Shown here piece after piece: positions 1 through 13,906 of a stretch of 64,000 bases of DNA. The translations under genes and the position numbers were made by a program. The stretch covers positions 19,158,001 through 19,222,000 of the forward strand of contig OZ249447.1 in the NCBI GenBank assembly GCA_965235115.1, given 5' to 3'. The notes beneath the pieces are model-generated. The model saw nothing but the letters and a program-made list of their open reading frames with translations, had not been told where the DNA came from and did no database searches. How positions within the stretch are numbered: the first letter of the stretch is position 1; every line of letters begins with the position of its first letter. Origin of the DNA: Laetmonice hystrix (Eukaryota).

Positions 1-99
1 GGGCATCTATTGGTGACTTTGACGTAAACAGCCCCTGACCACATCACCACGGGGCAAACGTCAGCAAGTTTGCCTACCGCTGACATGACTGATGAGTGG

Positions 100-917
100 G
101 GTCCGGTCACTATGGATGCCGCGCCTCGGTCGCTGGCCTACCATCTCGGGTGCATACAGACGCCCTGGCCTTTGTTCCCGGCCAGGAGGATCCCAACAAT
201 GTCGGCAGTGGCTTCCTCCCGGCCCCAGCCACCGTCTCCTCGGCAAACCTGACAGCGCGCCATTCATCAGCGCCTGCTCATCTTCCACCAAACTCTCCCA
301 CGGCCAAATGGCAACTCAACAAGCCCCATAGATCAACTGTCGGCGGCGCAACAAGGGGGCCAGGCCTGCGGCACGCGGCAGGTGGCAAGCGGCGCCGTCA
401 GGGCGGCGATGACCATATGACAGGCGGCACTTGGAAACGCTACCCGCTTGGACTTCTCCAGCTACCTGCATGGCATTGGGAAATAGTTACCTCCCGGTTT
501 GCCTGTCCCATGGATCTTCCCAGCACGCGCCCGCCTACACGGCAGACATCTTTCAGTGTTGCTCCACCCACGGAAATATGGACCCGCAGCCGGAGACCCC
601 CCCCCCCAACCCCTCTCTCCATACAGACCCATGGATCCTGACCTCCCCCACCCCACTCTGGAGGCGGTGTCATTATCCTTCGTAAAAAAACCCTTTGTGT
701 TAAAAAAACGAAATAAAATAAAAAGAGCGGTCTGTAATTCTGTGGATTTAAAGCTGTAAGGAGATTTGTGTTAGTGAGAGATCTGAATGGTTGAAAGCCG
801 ATGACGTGCGTCGTTAATCGGGCTCATAATTTGTTCAGAGGGTTGCGCGCTGCCATGCGGCCAGAGTCCGGCCCCCGCCTGACCCGAGCACTCCTCGCCG
901 TAATCATACTGGCTTCC
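100..917 (+). pseudogene. Probable decayed Mutator-like (MULE) transposase C-terminus with possible right end at 917
   Basis: Across frameshifts: ALAFVP, PLFP, HQRLLIF..TL, IDQL.A.Q, KRRR and LDFSSYLHGIG* in the order expected for animal MULE transposases; actggcttcc at 908-917 resembles the ACTGG(C/T)ATTC ends of elements at 54.5-59.1 kb. Confidence 0.45.
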
Positions 918-1356
918 GTTTAGTCCAGTCGTCCAACTACTCACCGCTGCAACCTGTCGTATCAAGTTGTCGCCAACACACCATATCTCTTGATGGCAGC
1001 GGATCATCCCGACTTTAATAGACCATCAACCCCAAACCCCAAACGTTCACAAATCCATGTAACCCAAGACGCAGTTGGCTTTTTCCTACTGTCAATTCAT
1101 TTTCCCAAAATTTTAAAAATATTTCGGAAGATTGATAAAAATGTAATTGCTTAATAGGAAACCAATCCTTATGTTCCACCCGGCCATTTTTTAACACACC
1201 ATGATTCTGTAAACTTTGATTAATGGACTCAGAAACAATTTCAACAATCTGGTTAGATCAAGGTAAAGAAATTTAAAAACTTTCTAGTTACCAACTACTG
1301 CGGGTCCCATCTCTTCATACTGAGAATATGTCTTGGATTGAGACTACCTCTATTAT

Positions 1357-1617
1357 CAGTGGCGTATCCAGGGGGGTTTCCAAGTATCCTGGACCCCCCC
1401 CCCCCTAAAAAAATTACTATGTTAAGGCCATTTTGGTAAAAAAGGATGTAAAATGCATTATTTTAACCAAAGGAAACCTTCATTTTCCACATAAGATGTC
1501 CACATCATTATTTGATGTCTTTTTGTTAAATTTCCTAGAGGAGCATGGCCTAATGGCCATCTCTAAAGTACCTAAACTTCGGATACCCCCCTTAAAAAAT
1601 TTCTGGATACGCCACTG
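1357..1617. mobile_element. MITE with CAGTGGCGTATCCAG TIRs (hAT-like)
   Basis: 15-bp perfect TIR; flanked by attat/attat. Confidence 0.8.
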
Positions 1618-3225
1618 ATTATTAGTGAGGACAGTGACTGTCAGAACTTTATGAAACCTTTTCTGTCAAAAGTTTGATATAACTATAATCCTATACCTCA
1701 ATGTTCTAAATACACAAAATACAATCAATTTACCATTGTCAGTGCCAGCTTCATTTTAAAGCAATCCAAGCACCACACTGGTCGCAAAGTTTACACATTT
1801 TTCAACTCAGACAGGCTTTGATCCAAAAAAGAAAGTTGATACTCCTATTGAGTCTGTCAACTTCTTGTGTGGAGGCGGTAGATCACACATCTGAAGCAGG
1901 AACATTAGCCTTTTAGCATTAATAACGAGAGCCCGCCCGACAAAGGCTTCTATTGTGATCAGGGGTGATTGTTCACCATTACATACTACTAATATCACCT
2001 CTAGATGTTTGAGGCAGCTGAATACAGTTTCACAAGCTACATTCAGCTTCAGGCAATGATCCATCAAGACACTAGAGAGCCTGTCGGCAAATGGTCACAA
2101 TGCTTTAAGGATAGAACTAGTAAAGTTTACATAGCCGGCAGCCAGGCACAATGCTCGCAAGAGTAAAAACTTTCATGATGTGCTGTCACGTCTAAGATTC
2201 GGTTTCGCACTTTATTTTTAAAAATGCTAGGTTTTGCCCAATGCTTGATGATTACCAAAGTATAAATCATATAAAAGTACCAACCCTTGGTTTTGATTGA
2301 ATCTGAATAAACACTGCACGGTCAACTTTCCTCTATTGATAATCACATAATCACATTATTGACCAAAAAATCCAAATAACAGAAATTTAGAATTCCATAT
2401 TATCTTAGCCAAATTCACATCTGTCATTGTTTAGAATCTCTTACTTATGGCATTGCACACTGTTTGTGTTTGTGTTTCCCGAGACCAACGTAAGTTTATC
2501 CCAAGGACCTACCACTCGACTTCCTGGTACTTCACTTGGGAAAACCCGACCGCGAAAACGAATTATTTCACCACAATTTCATAAATATTAAGGCGCCCAT
2601 GTTATGTGAAATTCAGTGGCCTTCCCTCTCTGTCTGCGCGCTTGTTATGTTCTACAGGAAACATGTAACCGTTGGCGGGCGGCAATGAAAAATGTCATGT
2701 CATGTCAAGGAGGCAGGACGATGACCTTGCCGCTAGAGGACGCCCGCCAAACATCACGTGATGTAAACATGGCGGCCGGCCAGCAGACGACAGTCTGAGT
2801 GGTACTGACGGCTCGACGGGCGGACGCGGGGCAGTGTGGCAGACGATGCGTTCGTGGAAAGCTAATGCAGGTTTTATAAACAAATAAATAGAAAGGACTA
2901 ACCTGTCAGCTCAAAAATCTGACCGTCATACGGCGCCAACTGATCCTAACACAATGATCCCTTGGGACAGATAGGTCCAATAAGCTACCGTATGAAATAC
3001 ACTGGCGGACCCAGTATTCGTTAGGGAGTAGGTCCAAAAATGCAAAACTATCTTAGTCCGGCAAGAGGGGGAGAGCGCGCCCCTTACCATCTAGATCAAA
3101 CACTGAAATGAATATAAGCTATATTCTAACTTAGTATTTATCTTATCTGTTCATTTAATAAAGTCCTATGAACATTTCCTTCATTCGTAAGGGTTCTTCC
3201 TGTGTACAGCTGGAGATTAGCAAAA

Positions 3226-3553
3226 TATGACCCTTTACAGAAACATTGATTCAGAGAATATGACCCTTTACAGAAACATTGATTCAGAAAATATGACCTT
3301 TTAGGGAAACATTGATTCGGAGAATATGACCCTTTAGGGAAACATTGATTCAGAGAATATGACCCTTTACAGAAACATTGATTCAGAGAATATGACCCTT
3401 TACAGAAACATTGATTCAGAGAATATGACCCTTTACAGAAACATTGATTCAGAGAATATGACCCTTTACGGAAACATTGATTCAAAGAATATGACCCTTT
3501 AGAGAAACATTGATTCAGAGAATATGACCCTTTACAGAAACATTGATTCAGAA
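3226..3553. repeat. 33-bp minisatellite, about 10 copies
   Basis: Unit gaaacattgattcagagaatatgaccctttaca. Confidence 0.95.
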
Positions 3554-4996
3554 AAAAACAAGATCTGATAACTTACCCATTTAAATATAAGTGTTCATTG
3601 AAAACCACTGCAACCTCCGAGTTAAAAGTGTTCTTCTCTTATAGAGAGTTACGCGACAAAATTGCAAATGCATAAAATTTACACGTCTTGAGATACAGCC
3701 TAGTACCAAGTGTCAGAACTCCTACCGGTATTTATAATGTACAGGGTGTGCCAAAACTCAGGTAACGCTTCCATATGTTCTCAAGAATAGTCCCTAGTGG
3801 CTTTACATCATTTACCCTCGAGGTTGGTTTTTAATCAGATTTACTAACAATTTTAGTACCTTATCTTTTTTTTCGTGTTTAAATAAATGAAAGCCCGGAA
3901 ATTCAACGAGAACTGAGAACTTTTCCACCTGGAATGTCGGCCTGTTATATGCGTATACAACTATCAAACCGAGCCGTCGAGTACAGGGTGTGCCAGAAAC
4001 GATGGAATTTCTGCCAGCAGAGAGGCCCCTTCCATACATGCCTCAATCTTTATCTTAAAACCACTTCATTGACAGTTGCTACGTTTTTCTTATGAAACAA
4101 AATCTAAACCATTAAGAAAGTAAGACGTTATTTTTGTGACACCTTCTTCTCCCACAGGGCACTTCTAAACGAGCTGAGGTGTCCCCTGCAGCTGTGATTT
4201 CCATGTGCACCACATAAAACGAAAATCGCTTTGCTGACTGTGGCCATATGACAAATAGGAATAATATTAATATTTTAGTTAATCCTCTCGTAATCTTCGT
4301 CTTTTCTTTCAGGATTTCGGATCAGTTCCTCCTAATCAGATAGCTGAAGAAATTAAGCCGGTGTTGTTCAACTTACGCCCATAATTTATATTTCAACGTA
4401 AACAACTATGCTTTCATTGTATTATAAACTTGATACAGGGGGATTACCACCTATTGCCGGATTGTAAGCACCCTTTAAATTAACAAGAACAGCAGTTGTT
4501 ACACAATGATGCCCCCTACCTTCCTTACGAGCAAACAGTGCAGTTGCCCATGGCCTTCCTGCCGCCAAAGGTCAAGTCTAAGAACCGAATAAACTGGGTT
4601 AAAGTTTCCTGGACCTTGTCACAAACTAACGACACCGTGAAGATAGCCTGACTTCAGAATACATCACAATATTCAGGAAAGTTACTGACAAAGAAACTTT
4701 TAGTCAGTGTCTTCTATTAGAATGACACAAAGCCTTTCCTCATATTACCAAGGACGTTGATAATATCATACCCTAGGCCTGTAACAAAGCAGAATGTCTT
4801 TCAGAAAAGTGAATGGCACTGCATGGAGATTATAGCCACAGGTGATAATGGTCTAAGGAAAAGCAGTACGCTGAGATCGTGATCAAAGCCACATGACACT
4901 CTATTGTGGGTGAAATGGATCAGGCAGGGCGGTAACGACACCCTTGTGGAGCTTACAAAACAGCGGTCAAAATGTCAACTTATAACATTCTCTTTT

Positions 4997-5656
4997 GACA
5001 GTCCAGGTACGACTGAAAGTGCCCACATTGGACAGTCCAAGTACGACTGAAAGTGCCCACATTGGACAGTCTAGGTACGACTGATAGTGCCCACATTGGA
5101 CGGTCCAGGTACGACTGAACGTGCCCACACTGGACGGTCCAGGTACGACTGAAAGTAAGTGCCCACATTAGACAGTCCATGTACGACTGAAAGTGCACAC
5201 ACTGGACAGTCCAGGTACGACTGAAAGTGCCCACATTGGACAGTCCAGGTACGACTGAAAGTGCCCACATTGGACAGTCCAGGTACGACTGAAAGTGCCC
5301 ACATTGGACGGTCCAGGTACGACTGAACGTGCCCACACTGGACAGTCCAGGTACGACTGAAAGTAAGTGCCCACATTGGACAGTCCATGTACGACTGAAA
5401 GTGCACACACTGGACGGTCCAGGTACGACTGAAAGTAAGTGCCCACATTGGACAGTCCATGTACGACTGAAAGTGCACACACTGGACAGTCCAGGTACGA
5501 CTGAAAGTGCCCACATTGGACAGTCCAGGTACGACTGAAAGTGCCCACATTGGACAGTCCATGTACGACTGAAAGTGCCCACATTGGACAGTCCAGGTAC
5601 GACTGAAAGTGCCCACATTGGACAGTCCAGGTACGACTGAAAGTGCCCACATTGGA
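4997..5656. repeat. 34-bp (38-bp variant) minisatellite, about 19 copies
   Basis: Unit ggacagtccaggtacgactgaaagtgcccacatt. Confidence 0.95.
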
Positions 5657-5787
5657 GGCGGAATTGTCTCCCAATAATTATGCAGTGAAAGTTCCGAGAC
5701 ATGATGTGAGGACCTGTGGCGGATTACGAGTGCCTTGACACGGTAATATCGACATGCTATTTACGATATCCAGCCCCAAATCTAATG

Positions 5788-6345
5788 CTAACCCCTACTC
5801 CCGGTCCCCAGACAACCCCATCAAATTGATCCTAACCCCTACCCCCGGTCCCCAGACAACTCCATCAAATTGATTCTGACCCCTACTCCCGGTCCCCAGA
5901 CAACTCCATCAAATTGATCCTGACCCCTACTCCCGGTCCCCAGACAACTCCATCAAATTGATCCTAACCCCTACCCCCGGTCCCCAGACAACCCCATCAA
6001 ATTGATCCTGACCCCTACTCCCGGTCCCCAGACAACCCCATCAAATTGATCCTGACCCCTACTCCCGGTCCCCAGACAACCCCATCAAATTGATCCTAAC
6101 CCCTACTCCCGGTCCCCAGACAACCCCATCAAATTGATCCTGACCCCTACTCCCGGTCCCCAGACAACCCCATCAAATTGATCCTAACCCCTACTCCCGG
6201 TCCCCAGACAACCCCATCAAATTGATCCTAACCCCTACTCCCGGTCCCCAGACAACCCCATCAAACTGATCTCTACCCCTACCCCTAACCCCTACTCCCG
6301 GTCCCCAGACAACCCCATCAAACTGATCTCTACCCCTACTCCTAA
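5788..6345. repeat. 44-bp minisatellite, about 12 copies
   Basis: Unit ccctactcccggtccccagacaaccccatcaaattgatcctaac. Confidence 0.95.
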
Positions 6346-9300
6346 CCCCCTACCTCTAATTTCATGTTATCGAATTCACAGATTCCGTCTAAAATATATT
6401 TTTAATGCGGGGGGGGGGGTACGGTGACCCGAAGGTTTGTTGAGCCCAGGAGGCAGCTACGACAGGCGCTGCTGGGTACGGTGTATCGATGTTAACTGAG
6501 GCGGGGTTGTGATAGGGGCCCCTAACAACCCCCCTGCTCGGCCCACTCCACATCTGGCAAACCTCCCCCCTCCCCATCCTCATCCTAACAAGGATCTCGA
6601 GTGAACAACTCACAGTGAAGTGCCCTGATCTACGCAGATCGCGGGCCTCCTGATTGGTTTAAGCCAGAGTTTCTGAGGATGCAGACACGGTTTTGCTCGT
6701 ATTTCTGCATGGTTATTAACTTAATTAGGGAAGAAATACATTAGCTCTTAGTTCAACCGAACACATCTACATTAATTGTTAAGTATTAGAGCCAAGCTTT
6801 AACATGCTAAAGCACTCCAGCCGACTCCTTCTCCGTTGCCATCTGTCCGACTCTTGGTCTCCCACGTCGACAATCAAAAAGAGGGTAAAAACAAAATTTG
6901 TGGCTAAGTGGCGCTTAATATCAACATCTAGACAGGAATATGCAAACAAAAAGACATTTTTTTATGTTGTGCTAAGATTTCGACCTGATAGCACTGTGCC
7001 CCACGACCGACTTTGACTTCTCTTTGGAAACCCCCTCCAAACATTCTATCCTGTTTTCAATATTCATTTCTCGCAAATCTCCTCCCTCCTAACAGAAGAT
7101 CAAAATCTCTCAAAAGCCTTAAACATCCTATGAAATGTTTTTTCTTCTCATTTTCCATTTATTTCAATTTGTTCATGAACTAAAACTGACGTAATTCCTA
7201 ATCCCTGCGGATAAAAGCTAAAGAAGCGGAGAGTTTTGGTCGCGCTGTGGACAAGTCCCCAATACTTTTAATGACAAGTCCGAGGGAAGCGTCTCTTCCC
7301 ATGGTTCTGCCCCGCTCAGCCCATTACTCTGCCCATCTTCCATCCACCCGCGGTCATTATTAAACAGCGCCGATCTCTTCAATCTGGACAGAGTTACTTC
7401 ATTAAATCACAACAGATCATGTCAAGAGACCACCGAAATGATTTAGTGACAAGGCCATGGGAGAAACCTTCAAGAAATCACCTCGACCTGCGCAACCTAA
7501 TCACCGTCGCCATGTATACCCCTGTCGCCGGTACTCTGGCAGCCAATTTTTTATAATCACGTGGCCTCGTCGAGTATCAGAACATTTTGTCGTATATGAG
7601 CCGGTGGTACTCCCTCCCCTGCCGGGGTTCGAGTCCCCTGCCGGGGTTCGAGTCCCCTGCGTATCTTGAGAAAGATTTTCAGTTGCGAACTTGCTGTAAG
7701 GTTTTCTTCGGGTACTGTGGTTCCCTTCACAATTCAAGCTGACTGCCTCCATATAAACAAGCTACATCACATACAAACATGCTAGTTTTCAGAACATCTG
7801 GACCTGCCTTTGTCCTGCCAGAGAAAAGAAAGAATTTTTGCATGGCGGAGTTGTGTCCTGATATATTTTCTGGCCACACGAGAAAAAAACACTCACAAAA
7901 TCTACATACACTGGAAACATATGATGAGCGAGTCCAACAAAGCATCTTACTTACAACAAAGGAAAACACCTGTGTGATACTGTCTCTCATTAACAATGCT
8001 TATTCCCAGCCCTATACATGAATAGAAGTACGCCTGTTCTGGCTTACAGGGACTGACAATACAAAATACAGTTGTCAGTCTCCAAGCCTTTACATGATTC
8101 TTCAACCCTGCAGCCTTTGTTGTCCGAAAATGGTCACCACGCAAAAGGGCAACGGCTTGCCTTACATCTCCTTCACACATGGGACACAGCGCCTGATATG
8201 GGAGTATCTGTTATTTTATGCTGGGCCGCGGGTATCTAAAGCCAAGCGGCAGAACTACGCAACCGGATTCAGAAGATCCACCTTGTCCGAAGGTATCACT
8301 TTTTGATTAGAAGGCCCAAGGAGACATATACCACAGTTTCCTTTCATCATGGTTTCCTAAAGGATGAGTTGCTGATTAATGGGCGTGTTACCAAGTCCGC
8401 CTACGACTTCCACCGGTTGAACGGTTCTCGATGAGGCTCGGCCGCTACTTACACGGAATACTTACACCTCACGGAGTCCTTGTGATTGGGATGGGGAAAC
8501 ATTCGTGCTACCTGGTGTTCTCATAATACAACAACCTGTACGATTCCCACGCCTTTAACCTATGGGGAAATCAGGGTGCGTTTCCGTATTCACTTTGAAC
8601 TAGACAGGAGAAAGAGGAGAAACGTTGTGCTCTCAGACAACAAGGCAGCTGCTGACGCCTAACAACTTCACTGGCCATTGCTGGAATGTGCTCGTGAACG
8701 GAAGTTTCTAGGGAGAGAAAAAAAACGACATTGCTCTCGTAAATGTGCCCCAACTGATGCCTTGTCTCATGCAAGGATATTAAGAGTCAGTGTTTTATGC
8801 AAACACACTAATAACGAGACAGGAGCCAAGCTGATGAATTGTCTAGAGTTTGAATTTACCAGTGGCAGGTAGAGGTTTGCAGATCTGAGAAAATCATTCC
8901 CAGTTGTAGATGGCTGACGCTTCATTCCATTCAAACTCCGCGAACAGCGTCAGATGTACTTCTTCCTCACTCCATTTTATTAACTTATTGCTTAAACTTT
9001 GAAAAAAAAATCGAAAACGCGACATTTGATTTCTAAACTCATCCTGCGAACATTCAAATCCCTGGCCCATCCCCTGTAATAAACTTTAGCTCGTCAAAAA
9101 GATTCAGATTGAGAATATATTAGTTGTTGCTTTGAATTGTAGCAGTTGTGGCATTGGCATCACCATTACATAATGTTCACGTCTTCCTCCTTCTTTCACC
9201 ATTCAAATATCAAACCAAACAGGCCAATCACTGACAGTTTTCAAGCGTGTAAGCACCAACTTTTTAATGTGGCTTTAGCAATATTCTTTGTGACTCTCAC

Positions 9301-12112
9301 ATGACATGTCCAAATGAAACTCTCATACGGAGAATCAAATACCGCCTCAGAAACTGGTTTTACCAAGGTACAGTTTCTGTTGGCGTCTAAAAATGTTATT
9401 AACCCGTTCCAGGTACGCCTATATATTAGGCCTACATAAAACCCAATGTTTCAATCTCAAATTTTATTCCAAATCCGTCTAGTCTTGGCCTCTCGGGACC
9501 GTCGGCGAAACCCATCAGTCCACTTGGCATATTAAAGCAACAAACTATTTTGCACTTTTAAAAACTCCTCCAGGTGCGTTCCGAAGAGACAGTTTTGTCG
9601 CTAGCTTTTTAACGTTGAGGCGTATGCCAAATATACTCCTCCACTTTAAGACCTATGCTCCCGCTCCGTGGTCCATTGTCACGAATTGTGGGGGTTTACA
9701 CAAACAATAACACACTTAGGCTGGCGTGCTGCCATCAGTGAATGCGCTGGTTTAATTGTCCTCCGTTCGTCATGTAAAACTTGCCGTTTTGTCGCTAGCT
9801 TTTCAACGATCCGGTCTCTAACAATCGCCAGTGCTTTTATAGCACACATTCGCCTCAGCCCCGACACGCAAGCCTTTTCACCTCCCTTTCCCTGCCCGCC
9901 TTCTTTTATAACAATCCATTAACTGCCTCTTGCCTCCGTCCTTAACTACAGCTTTCAAAAACTACATGGCGTATCCATGTTTCATAATTTGACGCATCAT
10001 TTTTTTTAAAGAAAATAAAATCTAAAAGACACAACCATACATAGCTACATGCCTATATTGGGGTCTTTTTTTGTTTGTTTAACGTCTTTTTAAGTTCACG
10101 CTAAGGGCTGTAGTAACTTGTACACCAGATAATGAAGAAAAAAAATCCGCACTTCCTAGGATGAGATACATGTGCTTTACAAAACTCATGGTAACAAGGC
10201 TGATATTACCTGCTACTGTCCACTCCTGTCAAAGCGAGTTTTCTAAAAGCCCCTCCGTCATAGCTATATGATTTCCGAGAAAGAAAACAGAAAATAGGGG
10301 AAGTGTTCCTATAAGGTTGCTGTTGATAATTTCATGACTTGAAGTCAAAATGCGGGGTTGGCTGATTACAGTTACCGATACCCCTACTGGGGGAACGGGT
10401 CTTTTGGTTGATAATGCCACTTTCATTGTGAAACTTGAAATCAACAACCGCCACAGGGAACAACTATGGAGTCAAATGAGTAACATTTGCATCAATACCT
10501 GTAATTGAATTGTCTTATCAGTGGAGAAAATGGCTGGCTCATAATTTACGTCAGATAGAGGATAGAGCCTCAGTGACATTCCTGATTCAATATCTTGTAC
10601 ATTCTCCCGCAATAACCTCAGCTAAAAAAAGCTAAAGGCACCAAGATAACATCAAGATATAGGGCGCTGCCAAACAGTTTTTACGACTAAGGCCTTCACA
10701 ATAATTGCCTTAATTAAAATTGTACCATTTCCTTATCTAGAATTTATAGGAGAAAGGAATATTACCGGTATATCACAAATGGCAATGCAGACTACGGCAT
10801 TTCTCTCAAATTCATTTGTAAGTGTAGTTCATCTAGATATCATTCATGATTGTTTTTGAAGGCACTCGGAAATAAAATGCGGCAAACCTTAATGTAAAAT
10901 ACATTCCAGGCAAATCATAACATTAAACCTGGTTTGCCAAACGCATCTTTCATCATTTTGAGAAACGTTATCGTGACGTCATTTCCAAGACCCTTATAAT
11001 TAATAAAGTAGAAATACTAATAATTAACGTGCCTGTCCTTAACCATAGTATGACAACAGTCATCAGGCCAACGCCGCCTTACTTTCTCATCACCCGCTTT
11101 CAGACATCCGTCCTTATGGTACCCGTTTGAGCCACAAGAGGTCGCCCTGTGGCGCGCACAATTCGCAGTACCCCACGCATACGTCTGGTAGCACTGAGCA
11201 CTGTTTGCAGGCAGTGACAGAAGCACGAGTTCACAAAATATGGTGGTGAGACCTAAAAATCTATCTGTCACTGCTCCTAAACCATAACTCCAATAAGTGA
11301 AAATTGTACCACTAGGGTATATAAGCTACAAAACATCAGCTTCAGGTCATTCCGTCTCTAAGCTTGGGCAACCCCAGCCACACGATGCCACACAACTGAG
11401 GGTTTGAATTTGCGATGTCTATGTTACCAGTCCAGCTAATATCTATGTATAACGCAGCGAAAGCCCCAGAACAGTCATGAACGAATGAAACTGCTTCTTT
11501 GTCGTATTCCAAACAATTCCTTATAAAACCATAAGCTCAAAAATGACAGGGCTAAAATTGTTTAATTTCTTCTGGTTGACAGGGACGGGACCTATTGTTC
11601 TAATGCCCGCGGGGATAGTGAGGTGGCAATCGTACGGAGAAGCAGGAGCAGGAGGAAATAGGACATAATGAAAGAGGTACAATGTGTGTGACACTTCGCT
11701 AGATTTCTCCAATAGAAGATATCAGGTGTGCTCCGACTGAACCCCCACCCGACCCCCACCAACCACCGGCCGGTAACAACAGGAGTATCCCACGTACCTA
11801 CTGCATTCCACAGCATACCTAATGCATACCTGCTAACATTGGAAAACCAGAAATCTAAACACTACCGGGCAGGGGACCATGGGGCCGCTTAGGCGGGGGT
11901 ACAGGGGGGGTGAGCTACTGGATTTTGGGGCATTTCTAAAGCTAAGAAAAGACTGTTTTGAACCTTAAAAATTGACATTATTTGATGTATATACATGTAT
12001 TGCGATCTTTTGCTATCTTGAAACACAAAACTCGGAACGAATCCGATTAAATCGGAACGGTTGGCAGGTATGCTACTGGCTATGGTTGGCTACTGGAAGA
12101 TTAACGTGCTGG

Positions 12113-12437
12113 GCACACACAAAAATCCCCATCTGGTCCAAGAACACACAAAAATTCCCATCTGGTCCAAGGACACACCAAAATTCCCATCTGGTCCAAA
12201 GACACACACAAATTCCCATCTGGTCCAAGGACACACCAAAATTCCCATCTGGTCCGAGGACACACAAAAATTCCCATCTGGTCCAAGGACACACAAAAAT
12301 TCCCATCTGGTCCGAGGACACACGAAAATTTCCATCTGGTCCAAGGACACACAAAAATTCCCATCTGGTCCAAGGACACACAAAAATTCCCATCTGGTCC
12401 AAGGGCACACAAAAATTTCCATCTGGTCCAAGGACAA
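12113..12437. repeat. 29-bp minisatellite, about 11 copies
   Basis: Unit acacaaaaattcccatctggtccaaggac. Confidence 0.95.
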
Positions 12438-13379
12438 TTCCCCCGCACACAAACTCTGCCCTCACTCAAATCTGCACGATTCAGTCAGACAGCTCTCCAC
12501 AAACTTCTCCCTGGGATCTTCACTTCAAAAGTGTCTGCATAAACACTGCCAGGTGGACACATCGTAAAATCTGTTTGGCGGATATTACAAGACAACGTGT
12601 CTGTTTTCATATATCCGCCGTGTCCACACGCCCCTCTTACATACACTACATCAGCTACGCATCTCATGTTTGCAGATCCCTTGATACAAATTTCACCTTT
12701 GAAAGGCGCGCATCAGATAACACGTTTCTTGTACACAATAACTAAGAGCTTTCCCGCCGGTCCATTAGGACAGGGTTATATATTCTCAAGGTGTGGCTTT
12801 TCCCTGCCTCGACTTTTTCATTCAGTCGTTCCACGTCCATCAACGGCTGCGCGTGCCGTTCGTAGGTGGGGAAAAAAAACCCGACAAATAACGGCGACGT
12901 GAGGCTTGCCCTGCACTGCCACCTTGACGACTGGGGTCCCAGTGGGTCCTGTCCCAACCAGCCCGTGTTTGACTTCTTGCCCACTGGGACCTGCCTGCCC
13001 CCCCCCCCCCCCCCCCCACTTCAAATAACACATCAAATCAAACAGATGTTAAAGTGTAAGAATTACAAAAGCGCACGCCCCCCCCCCTACACACACACAC
13101 TTTTCTGCAATTTTCTGCACCTGTGTAATTACACTGCACACGACAGGTGTGACAGTTAGTTCACCATGCTTATACTAGATGGAACAAAATAAGCATGATA
13201 GTTGATATACCTATTAATTATTTTATGGAACAGGTTTTTTACAAGGAGATGTAGGTGTGTCATGTCATTATGTCGTGTCACTCGGGGCCCCAACATATCG
13301 TATACCGTGGACAATGTACGGTACATGAAAAATTAAAGTCAATAAACTTTCATACAATTTGTGAAAGGAAAAGTAACCC

Positions 13380-13500
13380 TTCCGGATCTACTTCTTAAAG
13401 GCCGGGATCCGTTACGACCCAGTAACGTTGACCTCAGCTGACCCTGCTCCACTGGTTCAGGCCAGCAGTGGGCGGGGCTGCACTGACGGTCTTTTAACCA
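13380..13500. repeat. Dispersed repeat; inverted homolog at about 26060-26205
   Basis: Shared cagtgcagccccgc.cactgctg...accagtggagcaggg.cagc.g.ggtcaacgttac.gggt.gtaacg..cc.ggcctttaag. Confidence 0.7.
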
Positions 13501-13779
13501 TAACGGTAAGCCATAATTATTGTCATTTCTGAAAACGCCCCAAACGGCACGCCCAAGGGGGTAGGTGCGGGAGGGGGGATATGCCCCTCCTGCCCCAGAA
13601 AAAATTGAAATTAAGGGTTGTCTTGGATGCATTCTGAGCACATTTTGGTCGGGAAATGGCGATACGGTAAAGAGTTTGCGTAAAAATTGTTTTGCGTAGT
13701 ATATGAAGGACTTAAGGCACAACAACTCTCATATATACAAATTCGTATTCGTATATGAGAGAAAAGAAATTGCACTAAC

Positions 13780-13906
13780 CGTTTTCGTTGAAGGCAGAAA
13801 CACCAACAAGTGTCTTGTCTTTGTCGAGGATGTCTATGCATTGGGCCATGAAGATAAGAAAATCTGGGGCCAAAATAACTTCTTCTTCCAGAACGATCAC
13901 ATGAGT
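13780..13906 (-). CDS. GT13 exon THVIVLEEEVILAPDFLIFMAQCIDILDKDKTLVGVSAFNEN
   Basis: ctccaccag / gttagt; 127 nt; aligns with POMGNT1 VVLEEDLDIAVDFFSF...CISAWNDQG. Confidence 0.9.

Noticed and set aside
4980-5702. 168-240 aa ORFs in all three minus frames
   Set aside because: The 34-bp repeat unit lacks stop codons on that strand; the ORFs are artefacts of the minisatellite.
11080-11200. Downstream GT13 exon (CSVLPDV resembling ECIIPDV)
   Set aside because: Similarity ends after PDV, the frame hits a stop, and the intervening GT13 exons are not found nearby.
11972-12745. 257-aa and overlapping repetitive ORFs
   Set aside because: Derived from the 29-bp tandem repeat; the peptide cycles through frames.
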